A stretch of 62,279 nucleotides of DNA, counting the filler, from Stramenopiles sp. TOSAG23-3 (taxonomy: Eukaryota), in the NCBI GenBank assembly GCA_900128585.1. It is 22 parts of 22 records of this genome, joined end to end, with 100 filler letters (N's around TTAATTAATTAA, not from the genome) between each part and the next. Parts side by side here need not be neighbours in the genome. Positions count along the whole stretch, not along the records: positions 31,280 to 34,016 come from LT644619.1; positions 34,117 to 36,851 come from LT644620.1; positions 36,952 to 39,685 come from LT644621.1; positions 39,786 to 42,516 come from LT644622.1; positions 42,617 to 45,347 come from LT644623.1; 17 more parts are not named here. The stretch is one strand, 5' to 3'. The notes beneath the pieces were generated by a model. The model did no database searches. It worked only from the letters and a program-made list of their open reading frames with translations, and was not told the DNA's origin. A program made the position numbers and the translations under genes. This document shows, piece after piece, positions 32,525 to 43,025 of this stretch (within the stretch, counting starts at the first letter, position 1; each line of letters opens with the position of its first letter).

Positions 32525-32550
32525 ACAGATCCGACAAACGTGCTGCCGAC
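32470..32550 (+). repeat. Perfect 40-bp tandem duplication spanning the stop codon
   Basis: ACACCCGGCTTTGAACAGATCCGACAAACGTGCTGCCGAC twice, separated by one G. Confidence 0.95.
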
Positions 32551-33338
32551 AATCGTTTAAATTGGCAGATATTGTAATACGTACGAAGAGCAAAGAATCG
32601 TCTGCATTTTGCAGAAGTTAATCAACAAACGAAGACGTATCTTATCATGCGTGTTTTAGTAATTTATGACATATAGTGAGGGAGAAAGTTGTGATATTTT
32701 TGAAACATTTACGCCGCTGCTTAGAAAATAAAAGACCTGATTTATCTATGGGTGAGACAATCGATGTGATCAAATCCAAATGCTCATTCGGATCATGCAT
32801 GGAGCACATCAGAGAATGATAGTCTAGACTAAGTAAGAAGAGTAAATTGATTAGTAAAATTACAGGAGCAGAGTTAAGGTCGCAGTACATGAAGGAAAGT
32901 AAACCTTTAATGGATAGAAGGGCACAACTCACTTTCGTGGCATATGAAGACAATAAAATTTTAATTTTTACCTTTAAATTAAACATACATATCATACTAT
33001 AAGTAGTTTTTTTTTGTGAATATAGATTTAATTATTTTTGAAATAGTCTTAATCAATTGTGGATGTAGTGGAGAGTTTTTTTTAATTTCAGAGTCTTAAA
33101 ACATACTATATTAATACGTTTTTACCCAAGGAATAATGTGCACTCTTCATTTGAGCTAGGATTGGGAATCCTATGATAAATGGACCCCTTTATGGATTCA
33201 TTTTTATTTGGTCCGCGTATTCTTAATTCTGAAATAAAATATGATTACCTCGTCACTACGAAAAATAGGTATACATGTTTTTCTCCTACCCAAGAGAATA
33301 CCTTAAGTCGTTGAAAATTGTTGTGAATTTACCGGTTC

Positions 33339-34016
33339 CTAGCTGCAAACATTAATGGATACGTTTGCTGTCCTAAAAGCCAATACAAAACTGTTTATAC
33401 CTTCAGTGTCCTTATGATGAAACCTAATTAACTTGGTTTCTCCTCCAGATTTAATGCAAAATTCTTCATATAAAGGAATGCCAAATCGCTGACTCTTTAT
33501 ATTTTTTCGATGCTCGACCTTCGTGCTGTCGGTGATGTAAAGAATTGTATGCCCCGACCCATCCTCTTTTTTCAAATTTACAACGCATGTTTTTCCAGAT
33601 GTTTCATTCTCAGATACTTTGTACATCATTTGGCGATCACTCCATTTCCAAAAATTATCTTTCATATACCTAATTTTCTTGGTCCTAATTTTAATTTTAA
33701 CGGAATATATTCTGCTTTGGTTGTTGTTGTTATCTGATTGTGATTGCTCCCCAGATTCAACCACTTCTGATTTTGCACCAGGCTCCTCGTTTTTCCCGAC
33801 TGGGTTCTCAAGGTATACTGTGGCATCGCTTTCTAGTAGGAAATATTTATTCTCTTCCAGTTTGGAGACGTGCGTGGGTCGAACCCAGTGGATACATAAA
33901 TTACCTTCTTGAGACACCCGGACCAGTTTTTTCTCCCGTTTTATGTCTGCCCACTCTTTCCTATCCTCTCCATCATCCGTAGTCAACAATTTTTTAATTA
34001 CTTCGTAGTTCGTTTT
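33339..34016 (-). CDS. Hypothetical protein, 5' partial, possible PH-like C-terminus
   Basis: Frame open to contig edge; KWSDRQM...INSFVLAFR pattern. Confidence 0.55.
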   Translation of the reverse strand, partial: KTNYEVIKKLLTTDDGEDRKEWADIKREKKLVRVSQEGNLCIHWVRPTHVSKLEENKYFLLESDATVYLENPVGKNEEPGAKSEVVESGEQSQSDNNNNQSRIYSVKIKIRTKKIRYMKDNFWKWSDRQMMYKVSENETSGKTCVVNLKKEDGSGHTILYITDSTKVEHRKNIKSQRFGIPLYEEFCIKSGGETKLIRFHHKDTEGINSFVLAFRTANVSINVCS

Positions 34017-34346
34017 NNNNNNNNNNNNNNNNNNNNNNNNNNNNNNNNNNNNNNNNNNNNTTAATTAATTAANNNNNNNNNNNNNNNNNNNNNNNNNNNN
34101 NNNNNNNNNNNNNNNNGGCCGCCCGGCGGACCGGGAGTGCTGGGATGACGACCGTGCTTTTGTTGGGCACAATTGCTTTTTCGGTGGGAATGGTAAAACT
34201 ACGGAAATCGAGAGGAGGATCACGGCGTTGATGCGAAGAAAGCAAAAGCGTGGTTAAAAAAGAAAGAAAGTCTCTTTAATTAAAAATTATTAAATTCTTA
34301 ACGAGTAATAAGAAAAAGCAAGCTACCTCTCACTTTTCATTTTTTT

Positions 34347-35318
34347 TTATTTTTTATTCGAAAAGTATTCGTTCGCCCGCATCTCAAATTCAAAGCATGC
34401 GATCAAGTCCGTCTCCAGTGTCACATAATCTGAATGGTCCAATTTAGATTTCAAAAATTCTTGATCCATCAGCAGCTTTGGGCTACGATTCTTCAAAAGC
34501 TCGAAAATGGCAGGGAACATGGCTAAATTAGACCTCCCCAATATCCAATTGGTTACATCCGCCCCCGACCAGCGACGGAGTGGAACCCCGCGGTGGTTCG
34601 ATTCAATCCGCCCCACTACAACCTTCCCATTCGTCCGTCGTACTGCAACGTAGGACCCGTAGGCGAGCGAGTTCAGAAGTTCTTTCCTGTCCTCCCGAAC
34701 GTTCATCCCATTGGCGTTGTTTTCATACCAGTCGATGCTCCCAACGACATCGTCCCACAACTTCATCCCTATTTTCCTTCCCCACCCTTCGTTGTAGATG
34801 GACACCCGCTCCGGCGTGCGAGACCTCCTCTTCGCGCGCTTCTTGTTGGACGGGCTGCTGCGCTTCTCCGGTGTCCGACTACGTTGCCTTCGGGCTTCCT
34901 TTCGGTCAATAAATTTCGTAGGGCTGAATGGGGGCAATTTTCCCAACTCCCGAAGCGTCGTCTTCCGTGGCGCAGGGGAAAAGCGCTTGGCAGTTGAAAC
35001 ATTGACCAAAAATACCAGCTCCTCGTGCAGTTTCTGCACGGGCAAAACAAAGTGAACGTAGTGAAGGGCGTACAAAGACCCCACGACCAATATCAAAATA
35101 CTAACCCCTACCGAAATAATATTCGTGTGAATCGTTTGTTCTATTTGGCCCTTGTTCGGGTTGAACACAAACTCCTTTAGACAATACCCCACGAACGCCC
35201 CAGCGATGCATTTGGACAACCACGCAAAAAACCACGTCGACGCTTGCGTTGGGTTGCTCAGCACAATATGGCTCAGGTTGTTGCTTTCCTTGTTGACGTT
35301 GCGAGTAGTAGTATCCAT
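34347..35318 (-). CDS. Hypothetical two-TM protein with a SAM-like C-terminal segment
   Basis: Two hydrophobic segments; RWSGADVTNWI. Confidence 0.65.
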   Translation of the reverse strand: MDTTTRNVNKESNNLSHIVLSNPTQASTWFFAWLSKCIAGAFVGYCLKEFVFNPNKGQIEQTIHTNIISVGVSILILVVGSLYALHYVHFVLPVQKLHEELVFLVNVSTAKRFSPAPRKTTLRELGKLPPFSPTKFIDRKEARRQRSRTPEKRSSPSNKKRAKRRSRTPERVSIYNEGWGRKIGMKLWDDVVGSIDWYENNANGMNVREDRKELLNSLAYGSYVAVRRTNGKVVVGRIESNHRGVPLRRWSGADVTNWILGRSNLAMFPAIFELLKNRSPKLLMDQEFLKSKLDHSDYVTLETDLIACFEFEMRANEYFSNKK

Positions 35319-35609
35319 TTGTCCACGGACAGAACCACGAACTATATATTATTCAAATACACGAAAACACAAACGAACGTAACGTTCCCAGTTAAAGAGA
35401 AAGAGGGAGGGAAGGGAAGGAGACGTGAGGACAAAAAACAAGAAAATGAGGATAATAATTATTTTCCATGTATCCAACTGTTTGTGTACAGATAGATATA
35501 AATAAAAACAAAATAAAAAAAAACAATCGATCATCTATTAATACTACGATCTACTCTCTACGCGAAGTCAGAAGAAGTGTGTCACTTATTATTATAATAT
35601 CTTCTTCTC

Positions 35610-35975
35610 TAAAAAAAATATAAAAGAATAAAAAGAAGAAAGAAGAAGAAAAGAAATAAAATAGAAAAAAGAAAGAATAAAAAAAAGAAGAAGAAATAAA
35701 AAAAGAATTAAATGAAAAGAAGAGGAAGAAAGAAGAAGAAGAAGAGAAAGAAAAAATAGAAAGAAAGAATAAAAAAAAGAAGAAGAAATAAAAAAAGAAT
35801 TAAATGAAAAGAAGAAGAGGAAGAAAGAAGAAGAAGAAGAAAGATAGAAGAAGAATATTAGACCGACTATTATATAACCTATTATTAACACTAATATTAA
35901 TAAAAAGATCTTTTTTTTTTTTTCTTCTTCTTCTTCTTTCTTTTTTTTTTTCTTTCTTCTTTTTTGTTGTTGTTG
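35610..35975. repeat. A/G-rich then T/C-rich low-complexity microsatellite region
   Basis: (GAA)n and (TTC)n runs. Confidence 0.85.
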
Positions 35976-36229
35976 GTTTGTTGGTTTGTTTTGTTTGAGA
36001 GATATAATTATATTTCATATTATAATATCAATCCAATACATTAATATTTATATATATTTAGATTGAGTTTAAAAGAATGAACGGATGAATTTGATGTGTA
36101 TTGGATTTTACACTTTGTGTACTTGTTCCTTCTTTTATCCCACTCGTTGTTGTTTCTTTTCATTTCTAAAAGTTTGGTTTATTGCGGTTTCGCTTCCCCT
36201 TTCCCTTCCTCCCTTCCCACCGTTTTCTT

Positions 36230-36851
36230 ATGTCAGACGAAGAGGCTGGCCTGGCCTCGCTGCCGCTCGAGGACGCCCTTGGAGAGTCTACAATAGACGA
36301 GGCGAAGATGTTGGCCGAGCGGAAGAAGATCGATGCGATGATCGAAAGCATAGGGACGTTCGACTTTGACGACATAGACTTTGGGGACTTTAGCGACGAG
36401 GTGCAGGATGCCTTGAACGAGCTTTTCCCGTCCGACGACCCCCTGGACCAGCCCGACTTCGACCCGATCGCGTACTTGAACGAGCAGTTCCCGGACGAAG
36501 CGTCGCTCTCACGGGCGGACACGTTCTTGGCAAACTTGGACGCTGACATAGCGAAAACAAACAAAGAGATATCGGACATCATACACACCCAGGCGACGAC
36601 GAGCCAGCGGGCCCACGCGGAAGTGAAGGAAGCGAAGCAGTCCGTGAAGCAGCTGTACGTAAAGGTGAAGGACATAAAGAGCAAGGCCGAGGAGAGCGAG
36701 GCGATGGTGGAAGAGATATGCAAGGACATCAAGCAGTTGGACAACGCGAAGACCAACCTGCAAACGACCATCACGACGCTGAAGCGCCTTCACATGCTGG
36801 TGACCGCGGTGGACCAGCTCGAGTACATGGCGGAGCGGCGGCAGTACCGGG
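36230..36851 (+). CDS. VPS53: GARP complex subunit Vps53, 3' partial
   Basis: DPLDQPDFDPIAYLNEQFP, DIKQLDNAKTNLQTTITTLKRLHML. Confidence 0.95.
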
Positions 36852-37251
36852 NNNNNNNNNNNNNNNNNNNNNNNNNNNNNNNNNNNNNNNNNNNNTTAAT
36901 TAATTAANNNNNNNNNNNNNNNNNNNNNNNNNNNNNNNNNNNNNNNNNNNNCTTTTTTTGTTGTTGTTGGAGGATGAAAAAAAGATATTTGTTGTTAGCT
37001 CATAATAGTGTGTTGTAGGAGGAGGTAGGAAATAAAAAAAATACCGTAATAATAAATTCCTATATAATTATCGACACCCCATCTGTTGAGATATTACCTG
37101 TATCTCTGGTGGGGTTTGATTGTTGTGTCAACGCAGAACATCCGCACCCCGACGTGCGCATTGGAAAAAAATTGTAAAGAGTTATACTCTCTATTCAGTG
37201 AAGTTTCCCCAACGACTTTAAGAACCGAGCATACGAAACTATTTAGAGACA

Positions 37252-39303
37252 ATGGAAGTACCACAGAAAGGGCAAAGCATATTTCTCTTTTGGGTTAATG
37301 CCGACGATCAACTTCAGAACAGCTGGCTCTCTGGAAGGGTGCTTAGTAACCGCCAAGCCAAAACTGGTTTATTTAAAGTGTCTTTAAAACTGCCTGGCGA
37401 TGGCAGCATTATTACAAGGTTGATAGATTTCTGCAGCCCTCACATGCGACCATTTTGGAAAATTGCACCCCCTGGCGGAGTAGTTGCACCAGAGTCAGAC
37501 GAAGGTATTGTTAATTGGCTATGCTGTGACATTGCGAGCTGTCAGAAGTGGCACCAGCTGCCTGTAGGACTTGGACCTGCTAGTTTTACAAGCGAGAAGT
37601 TCACATGCGCTGGGGCTATTTGGGACGCCAAGAGAAATGCCGAGTGCGACAGTGTAAGCAAGAAAAATGCAAGTGAACGCGCAAGTAAGAACAGTGCTCC
37701 AGTCGTTTTGAGTGCCTATGAGAAAGAACGGGAATTGAACGTTTTACAGAACAGAGCGTTTTTGAAAGCTTTAATGCCAGAAGGTGGTTCGTCCCTGATG
37801 GCCAGTAGCATTACCCAGAACTTGCACACCAGTGTTGCCGAAAAGAAAAGAAAACGCGATAGGGACAACACTACCGCTTTGGTGCCAGTGCGGTGGAGTA
37901 GCAGAGGCATGGTTGAAAAGAATGCGAAATGGGAGCCCGCAGACTTTACAGTCAAGAAAAAGAGAAACCCACGGCGGGATTGCCACGTAACGTTTGTGGG
38001 AGCTTTGGGTCCAAGGGGCAGCGCCACCTTTCAGAAAGGATCTAAAATGACAATTGAGTGGGAAATGGATGATCCTAGAAGCGCCAGGGGAGCGTATTTA
38101 TACGTAGGCCAGAAACACCGTCGCGTTGACGACATTTACGTTGTTTGCCCAAGCGTCGACGCAGGCGTTGCGAACCGAATGAGCTTCGATTTTGTCATGC
38201 CGTTGCATCTCGCCCCTGGCAAAGAATATTTCATAGAAATGGGAAACAACAGGCCGCGAATTTTTGGCCAATCGCGCTTATTTACCATCGAAGACCCTGT
38301 TGGAATGTTCTTGGAAAGTGATGTTGGTGTATGGTGCTGTGGATGCAACCTTACAAGGCATTATGTGGGTAGAAAAGGCTATAAAGGCTCTTGGATTCAG
38401 TGCGAGACTTGTCAGGGATGGCAGCATGAAGATTGTTGCATGCCATCAATGGTGAAAAAGGTTTCATTTGCATGCAAATATTGTCGGGTGGAAGCGTCTT
38501 CTTTCTCTGCTCTCCCACCGCTTCAAAATGAGACTCCAAGTCGACCACCGAAAAAGAAGGACGGGGCCCAAATGGAAACACGACCAGGCGGGCACCTTTC
38601 CGTAGAAACACCGAGCCAGAAAAGGACGCGCTTTAACGACCAGAAAAAAATGCTGACGGGAATCCTCGCCATGATATCAAAAACGGCAAAGTATAGACGG
38701 ATTTCTTCGAAATTGTGCAGCACGCCTAAGCACGTGTCTGTGTTCATTAGGCAAATTGTGGAATCGTACGGTCTTGTGGAATCTAAACATAGATTAATTG
38801 ACTTGGGAGCAGGCCATGGATCGCTGACAAATGAACTTCCCGCAGGCACCGTTGCAGTCGAAAAACTAGAAAATCGGTACGAAAAAGGAAAATCTCGGGT
38901 GCCGCACGCTACTTGGATGAACGCCGATGCTTTTGGGGACAGCTTTCTGAAGTACGTTATTGACAACAAGCGTTCATTTGATTTCGTCATCAGCAATCCA
39001 GATTTCGAGGTTGCGTTTCAGACTCTTTTCATTGCCATGTACTTGCTGAAGGAAGGGTCAAAAATGATATTTTTGTTGCCTTCTGACTTTTTTGAAGCAA
39101 GCCCAGCTCGGATGAGAGTCTACAAAATTCTCAATTGTAGAATTGAGAAAGAGTATAAACTGGGCCACCTGGCATTTTACGAAGACAATCGAAGCGCAGA
39201 AAAACTCAGCACAGATAGCATTTTCATAATTACACACGGCCGGTCTCCAAAGTACGAGTACACGGTGATGAATTCTAGGCTTGCAGGCATGTTGAAAACG
39301 TAA
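37252..39303 (+). CDS. Tudor-like + CW zinc finger + PHD finger + amino-(N6A/N4C) methyltransferase fusion
   Basis: CW: WLCCDIASCQKWHQL..FTC..W..C; PHD: WCCGC..WIQCETCQGWQHEDC..FACKYC; MTase: STP, LIDLGAGHG, VAVE, ADAF, FDFVISNPDF, FLLPSDF. Confidence 0.85.
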   Translation: MEVPQKGQSIFLFWVNADDQLQNSWLSGRVLSNRQAKTGLFKVSLKLPGDGSIITRLIDFCSPHMRPFWKIAPPGGVVAPESDEGIVNWLCCDIASCQKWHQLPVGLGPASFTSEKFTCAGAIWDAKRNAECDSVSKKNASERASKNSAPVVLSAYEKERELNVLQNRAFLKALMPEGGSSLMASSITQNLHTSVAEKKRKRDRDNTTALVPVRWSSRGMVEKNAKWEPADFTVKKKRNPRRDCHVTFVGALGPRGSATFQKGSKMTIEWEMDDPRSARGAYLYVGQKHRRVDDIYVVCPSVDAGVANRMSFDFVMPLHLAPGKEYFIEMGNNRPRIFGQSRLFTIEDPVGMFLESDVGVWCCGCNLTRHYVGRKGYKGSWIQCETCQGWQHEDCCMPSMVKKVSFACKYCRVEASSFSALPPLQNETPSRPPKKKDGAQMETRPGGHLSVETPSQKRTRFNDQKKMLTGILAMISKTAKYRRISSKLCSTPKHVSVFIRQIVESYGLVESKHRLIDLGAGHGSLTNELPAGTVAVEKLENRYEKGKSRVPHATWMNADAFGDSFLKYVIDNKRSFDFVISNPDFEVAFQTLFIAMYLLKEGSKMIFLLPSDFFEASPARMRVYKILNCRIEKEYKLGHLAFYEDNRSAEKLSTDSIFIITHGRSPKYEYTVMNSRLAGMLKT

Positions 39304-39785
39304 ACAATCCCGAAAGGAGTTGAGGAAAGACATATTGCCACAAACCATATTACTGGCCGAGTTTAAATAGAATTTAGGTTTTTTATTAGTTACTATTTAA
39401 AGTTTAGGAATTGCAAGTATATGGAGGAACCAAGGAGGGGATTGAGCTTTGGAGTGGGCGGTACGGGGGCTCACCCCCGTCAACTCTCGCGCCCGGCAAA
39501 AAATACATTATTATAAATAACATACCTAAATAGAATCAAAAACAATTTTTATTAATTTTTTTCCAAAAACTTTTTGCGTCTTAAAACGGTCATTTTAAGG
39601 GTAAGTAAATATATACACACAGCACTAAAAAAAGAATCAACTTTGTTTCAATGTACCAACAACAAGTGTTCTTTCGCAATTGTTTNNNNNNNNNNNNNNN
39701 NNNNNNNNNNNNNNNNNNNNNNNNNNNNNTTAATTAATTAANNNNNNNNNNNNNNNNNNNNNNNNNNNNNNNNNNNNNNNNNNNN

Positions 39786-40791
39786 ACTTGTAATCTTTGC
39801 TGACGCAAGTATTTGCTGGAACTTTCGCTTGGGCTCTGCTATTCAAGTCCTTATTTTCTGGAACTGCTGAGAGTTCGTACCGATTCCATGTACAAGCGCC
39901 AGCGCTGCGGCAAATTGTCTCGGAATTTAATACACTACAGTCCTTTTTATAATCTTCATAATCTTTGCCCGTTAAAAAAATTGCCCAAGCAGCTCTTGTG
40001 TATGTTTTAGTGTTCGTTGTGATGCACTCGGGGGCAGCACGGGTACGGTAATACAGACTGTCGTCCATTCCTTGGCACGTTTTCTGTTCAAATCTGTTGA
40101 CGTTGAACGCCAGTAAGTTAGCTTTGTTTGTTATTAAAAACAGAGTTGGGATTACAGCAATTACCAGAATCATCTTTTGCTTCGACCACTTAAAACTGGC
40201 TAAGAGTGAGAGAATGCCGGAAAAAAGAGCAAAGAAGCTCATAAAAGTTATGTTTCTCTCGAACAGTGGTCGAAAATGGGATCCAAGAGACGGTCTGAGT
40301 AAAACCGACTCGTTTTTAAAGTAGTTTCCCGCATATTCTTGTCCTGATACGCTTTTGCGTATATAATGTGCATTGCTGTCGTAATTTTGCCATATTGAAA
40401 ACGGATTTGTTTGGTCACATTGTCCCTTGAAGACCCCTTTTGCCTTTTTACATTTTGTATCTTTGTCCTCTTCAATTAGCCTCTGGTCGTTCTCGTTAAA
40501 GGCCATGCAATATTTGTAACTGGTGTTTTGATAAGTAGGCGACATAGGGGTATTCAATTCAATAGCCAAAGGATCAAAGCTTCTTACAGGATATATTCCA
40601 CCTTTGTAATCACTGGGACTGGTCATTTTCCCCCCATATAAAAAGAGAGAAGATGGCATATGCCAAAACCCAACCCCACCCCCAAGAAGACAGCAGAAAG
40701 CAAGTATCCCAAAAAGGCAATTGCATAATCCAAGAACTATGGGAACCCACTTGTTCCTGAATCCCTCTTTCATCGACTCCATTTTTTTCAT
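39786..40791 (-). CDS. Cys-rich membrane protein, paralog 1, 3' partial
   Basis: LAFCCLLGGGVG, CQGMDDSLYY..RAAPECITTNTKTY; homologous to 41529-42516. Confidence 0.75.
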
Positions 40792-41140
40792 TGTGGCTTG
40801 TTTTTACTTTGTTGAATGCTCGGGTACAATTTTCCAAAAACACAAATGATTTTAAAAATGAACAACAGCAGTATATGTGTAATTTACAATTATGTATATG
40901 GTTCCAACAATTTCGATTTGTTTCTATTGTGAATGAATATTAATTCGTACCGTATATAAGTGGAACAGATAGATACCAAGGTACGGAATATATTAGTGTT
41001 AACAAATAATAATTATATAATAAATATTTTATATAATTTTAATATGAATTATTATGAAATGATGACCCTTCTTCTTCCTTCTATTTTCTCTTTCTTCTCT
41101 TGTATCATATTTTATTTTTTATTTTTCATTTATAACGGTA

Positions 41141-41306
41141 AAGAATAGAATAGAATAGAATAGAATAGAATAGTATAGTGATATATTATGTACATTTGAA
41201 GTTAGGTACAACCCCCAACCCCCAACGTTCACATGAGTGGGTAGTCGTCTTGAAGTTACCTCCAACAACCCCCAAACCCCAACGTTCACATGAGTGAGTA
41301 GTCGTC
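41141..41306 (+). repeat. (AGAAT)n microsatellite and an imperfect ~55-bp tandem duplication in the bidirectional intergenic region
   Basis: 41196-41249 vs 41250-41306 share CCCCAACGTTCACATGAGTG.GTAGTCGTC. Confidence 0.85.
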
Positions 41307-41528
41307 GTAGTTTCTGGATGGTGGATTTTACCGGTATAAGAAATTGATTCATTTAAAACAGCATAATGCATTTTATGTGGATTATATAATATTACAATGT
41401 ACATTCTTTACGACATATATATTAACCCCAAAATAATTCAAATAGCCTGTGTTTACATATAATTATTTTTGTTTCCTTTGTTTCTTCATAATTATTTTGT
41501 TGGTGTTATTCATTTGCAACTAATAGCC

Positions 41529-42516
41529 ATGTATCAAAAGGCACAGACAGCAGCGAACCATGCGCACGCGCCAGTAGTCCTGGGTGCGACCGCATGCTGC
41601 TTTGGAACTCTTGCTTTCTGCTTCCTTCTTGGGGGAGGTATTGGGTACTACAACGTCAGCACGAATGAATTATTGTACAGTGGCGTCATGCAAACTCCCT
41701 TTGATTATAAGGGTGAGTTCTACCCTTCACGTATGGTTTTGAACGGAATAGGATATCCTTTTTGGGCGTACGATGACCTCGCCTTCAATGAATCATTTGC
41801 AAAGTGCATTGGGTATGACGAATCACTTTTGATTGAGGCCGACGAAACGACAAAGTGCAAGAGTTCCAAATTGTACACCCCTAAGTGTGATGAAACTCAT
41901 CCAAAAGCCAGCTTGATTTACAGCTCCGCGAGTGGAGCATATGCGAACGCCCAAAGCTGGAAGTGGTCTTGGAAAAATAAGACTTTAGTCCAGGATGAAC
42001 GTAACAAAAAAGGGGCTCCGTTTAGTGCCTCAAAGGCCACAATTGCATGGACCGGCTTGTACGCTCTGTTTGCGGGGATTGTGGCCTTGGCAGCAACCCG
42101 AAGCTGGACAAATCTTAAAATGATTGTCCTGCTGGCGCTTTTGCCTCCCCTTCTCTTAAGTGCTGTCGATATCAACAATGTTATCCAATCGAACTGGGAT
42201 CAGTTCCATAGTTGGGCTGTAAACTGCCAAGGAATGGACGAAAGTGTGTATTACAATACTCGTTCTGCCCCCGATTGCATCACAACGAATAAAAAGACTT
42301 ACGCAAGTTTCCAAATTCAGTTTTTGACGGGGAAGGAATTTGAAAAGTTTGACACTGACTGTGGCCTGCTGAAGACCCAGACGATGTGTTTCGGCGCCTC
42401 CAATGCATGCTCATGGAATCCAATCGAAATCCCAGCGGTTCCAGAAAATAAGGACTTGAATAGCAGAGCCCAAGCGAAAGTTCCAGCAAATACTTGCGTC
42501 AGCAAAGATTACAAGT
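41529..42516 (+). CDS. Cys-rich membrane protein, paralog 2, 3' partial
   Basis: LAFCFLLGGGIG, CQGMDESVYY..RSAPDCITTNKKTY. Confidence 0.75.
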
Positions 42517-43025
42517 NNNNNNNNNNNNNNNNNNNNNNNNNNNNNNNNNNNNNNNNNNNNTTAATTAATTAANNNNNNNNNNNNNNNNNNNNNNNNNNNN
42601 NNNNNNNNNNNNNNNNTATTATCAAAATATCACTCTTTAATCCTACAACTCATACAACTCCCTCTTGTGTGTATGTTAGGAGCAATACAAGATGCTGTAT
42701 GACTGTTACGAAACATTAGTAAATTAGATTAGCTGCTGAAAATAGACTACAAAATCGAATAGGCTGCCATTCAGTATTATTATTGGCATTTCTGTAATTT
42801 GACGAAGTTATGTCTTCTTTAAAAAAAATAGAATTACGAATAAAAATATTAAAAAAATAAATTATTATAATTAAAAAAAAGAGAATAATAAAATCCATAA
42901 TATTGTGGTATTATAATATTCTCAGATTTCAATCCGTGTGGTCGTCGAAGCACTAACATCCTGGTTAATTAATTACTGGTGAGAATGTATTTTTGTTGTA
43001 GATGTTAAAATTTATTTTAAAATGC

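Noticed and set aside
35592..36018. Phe/Ser- and Lys-rich ORFs
   Set aside because: Low-complexity microsatellite translations.
41196..41306. CRISPR-like repeat (also 32470-32550 and 28723-28988)
   Set aside because: Only two adjacent copies each, no unique spacers, no cas genes, eukaryotic context.
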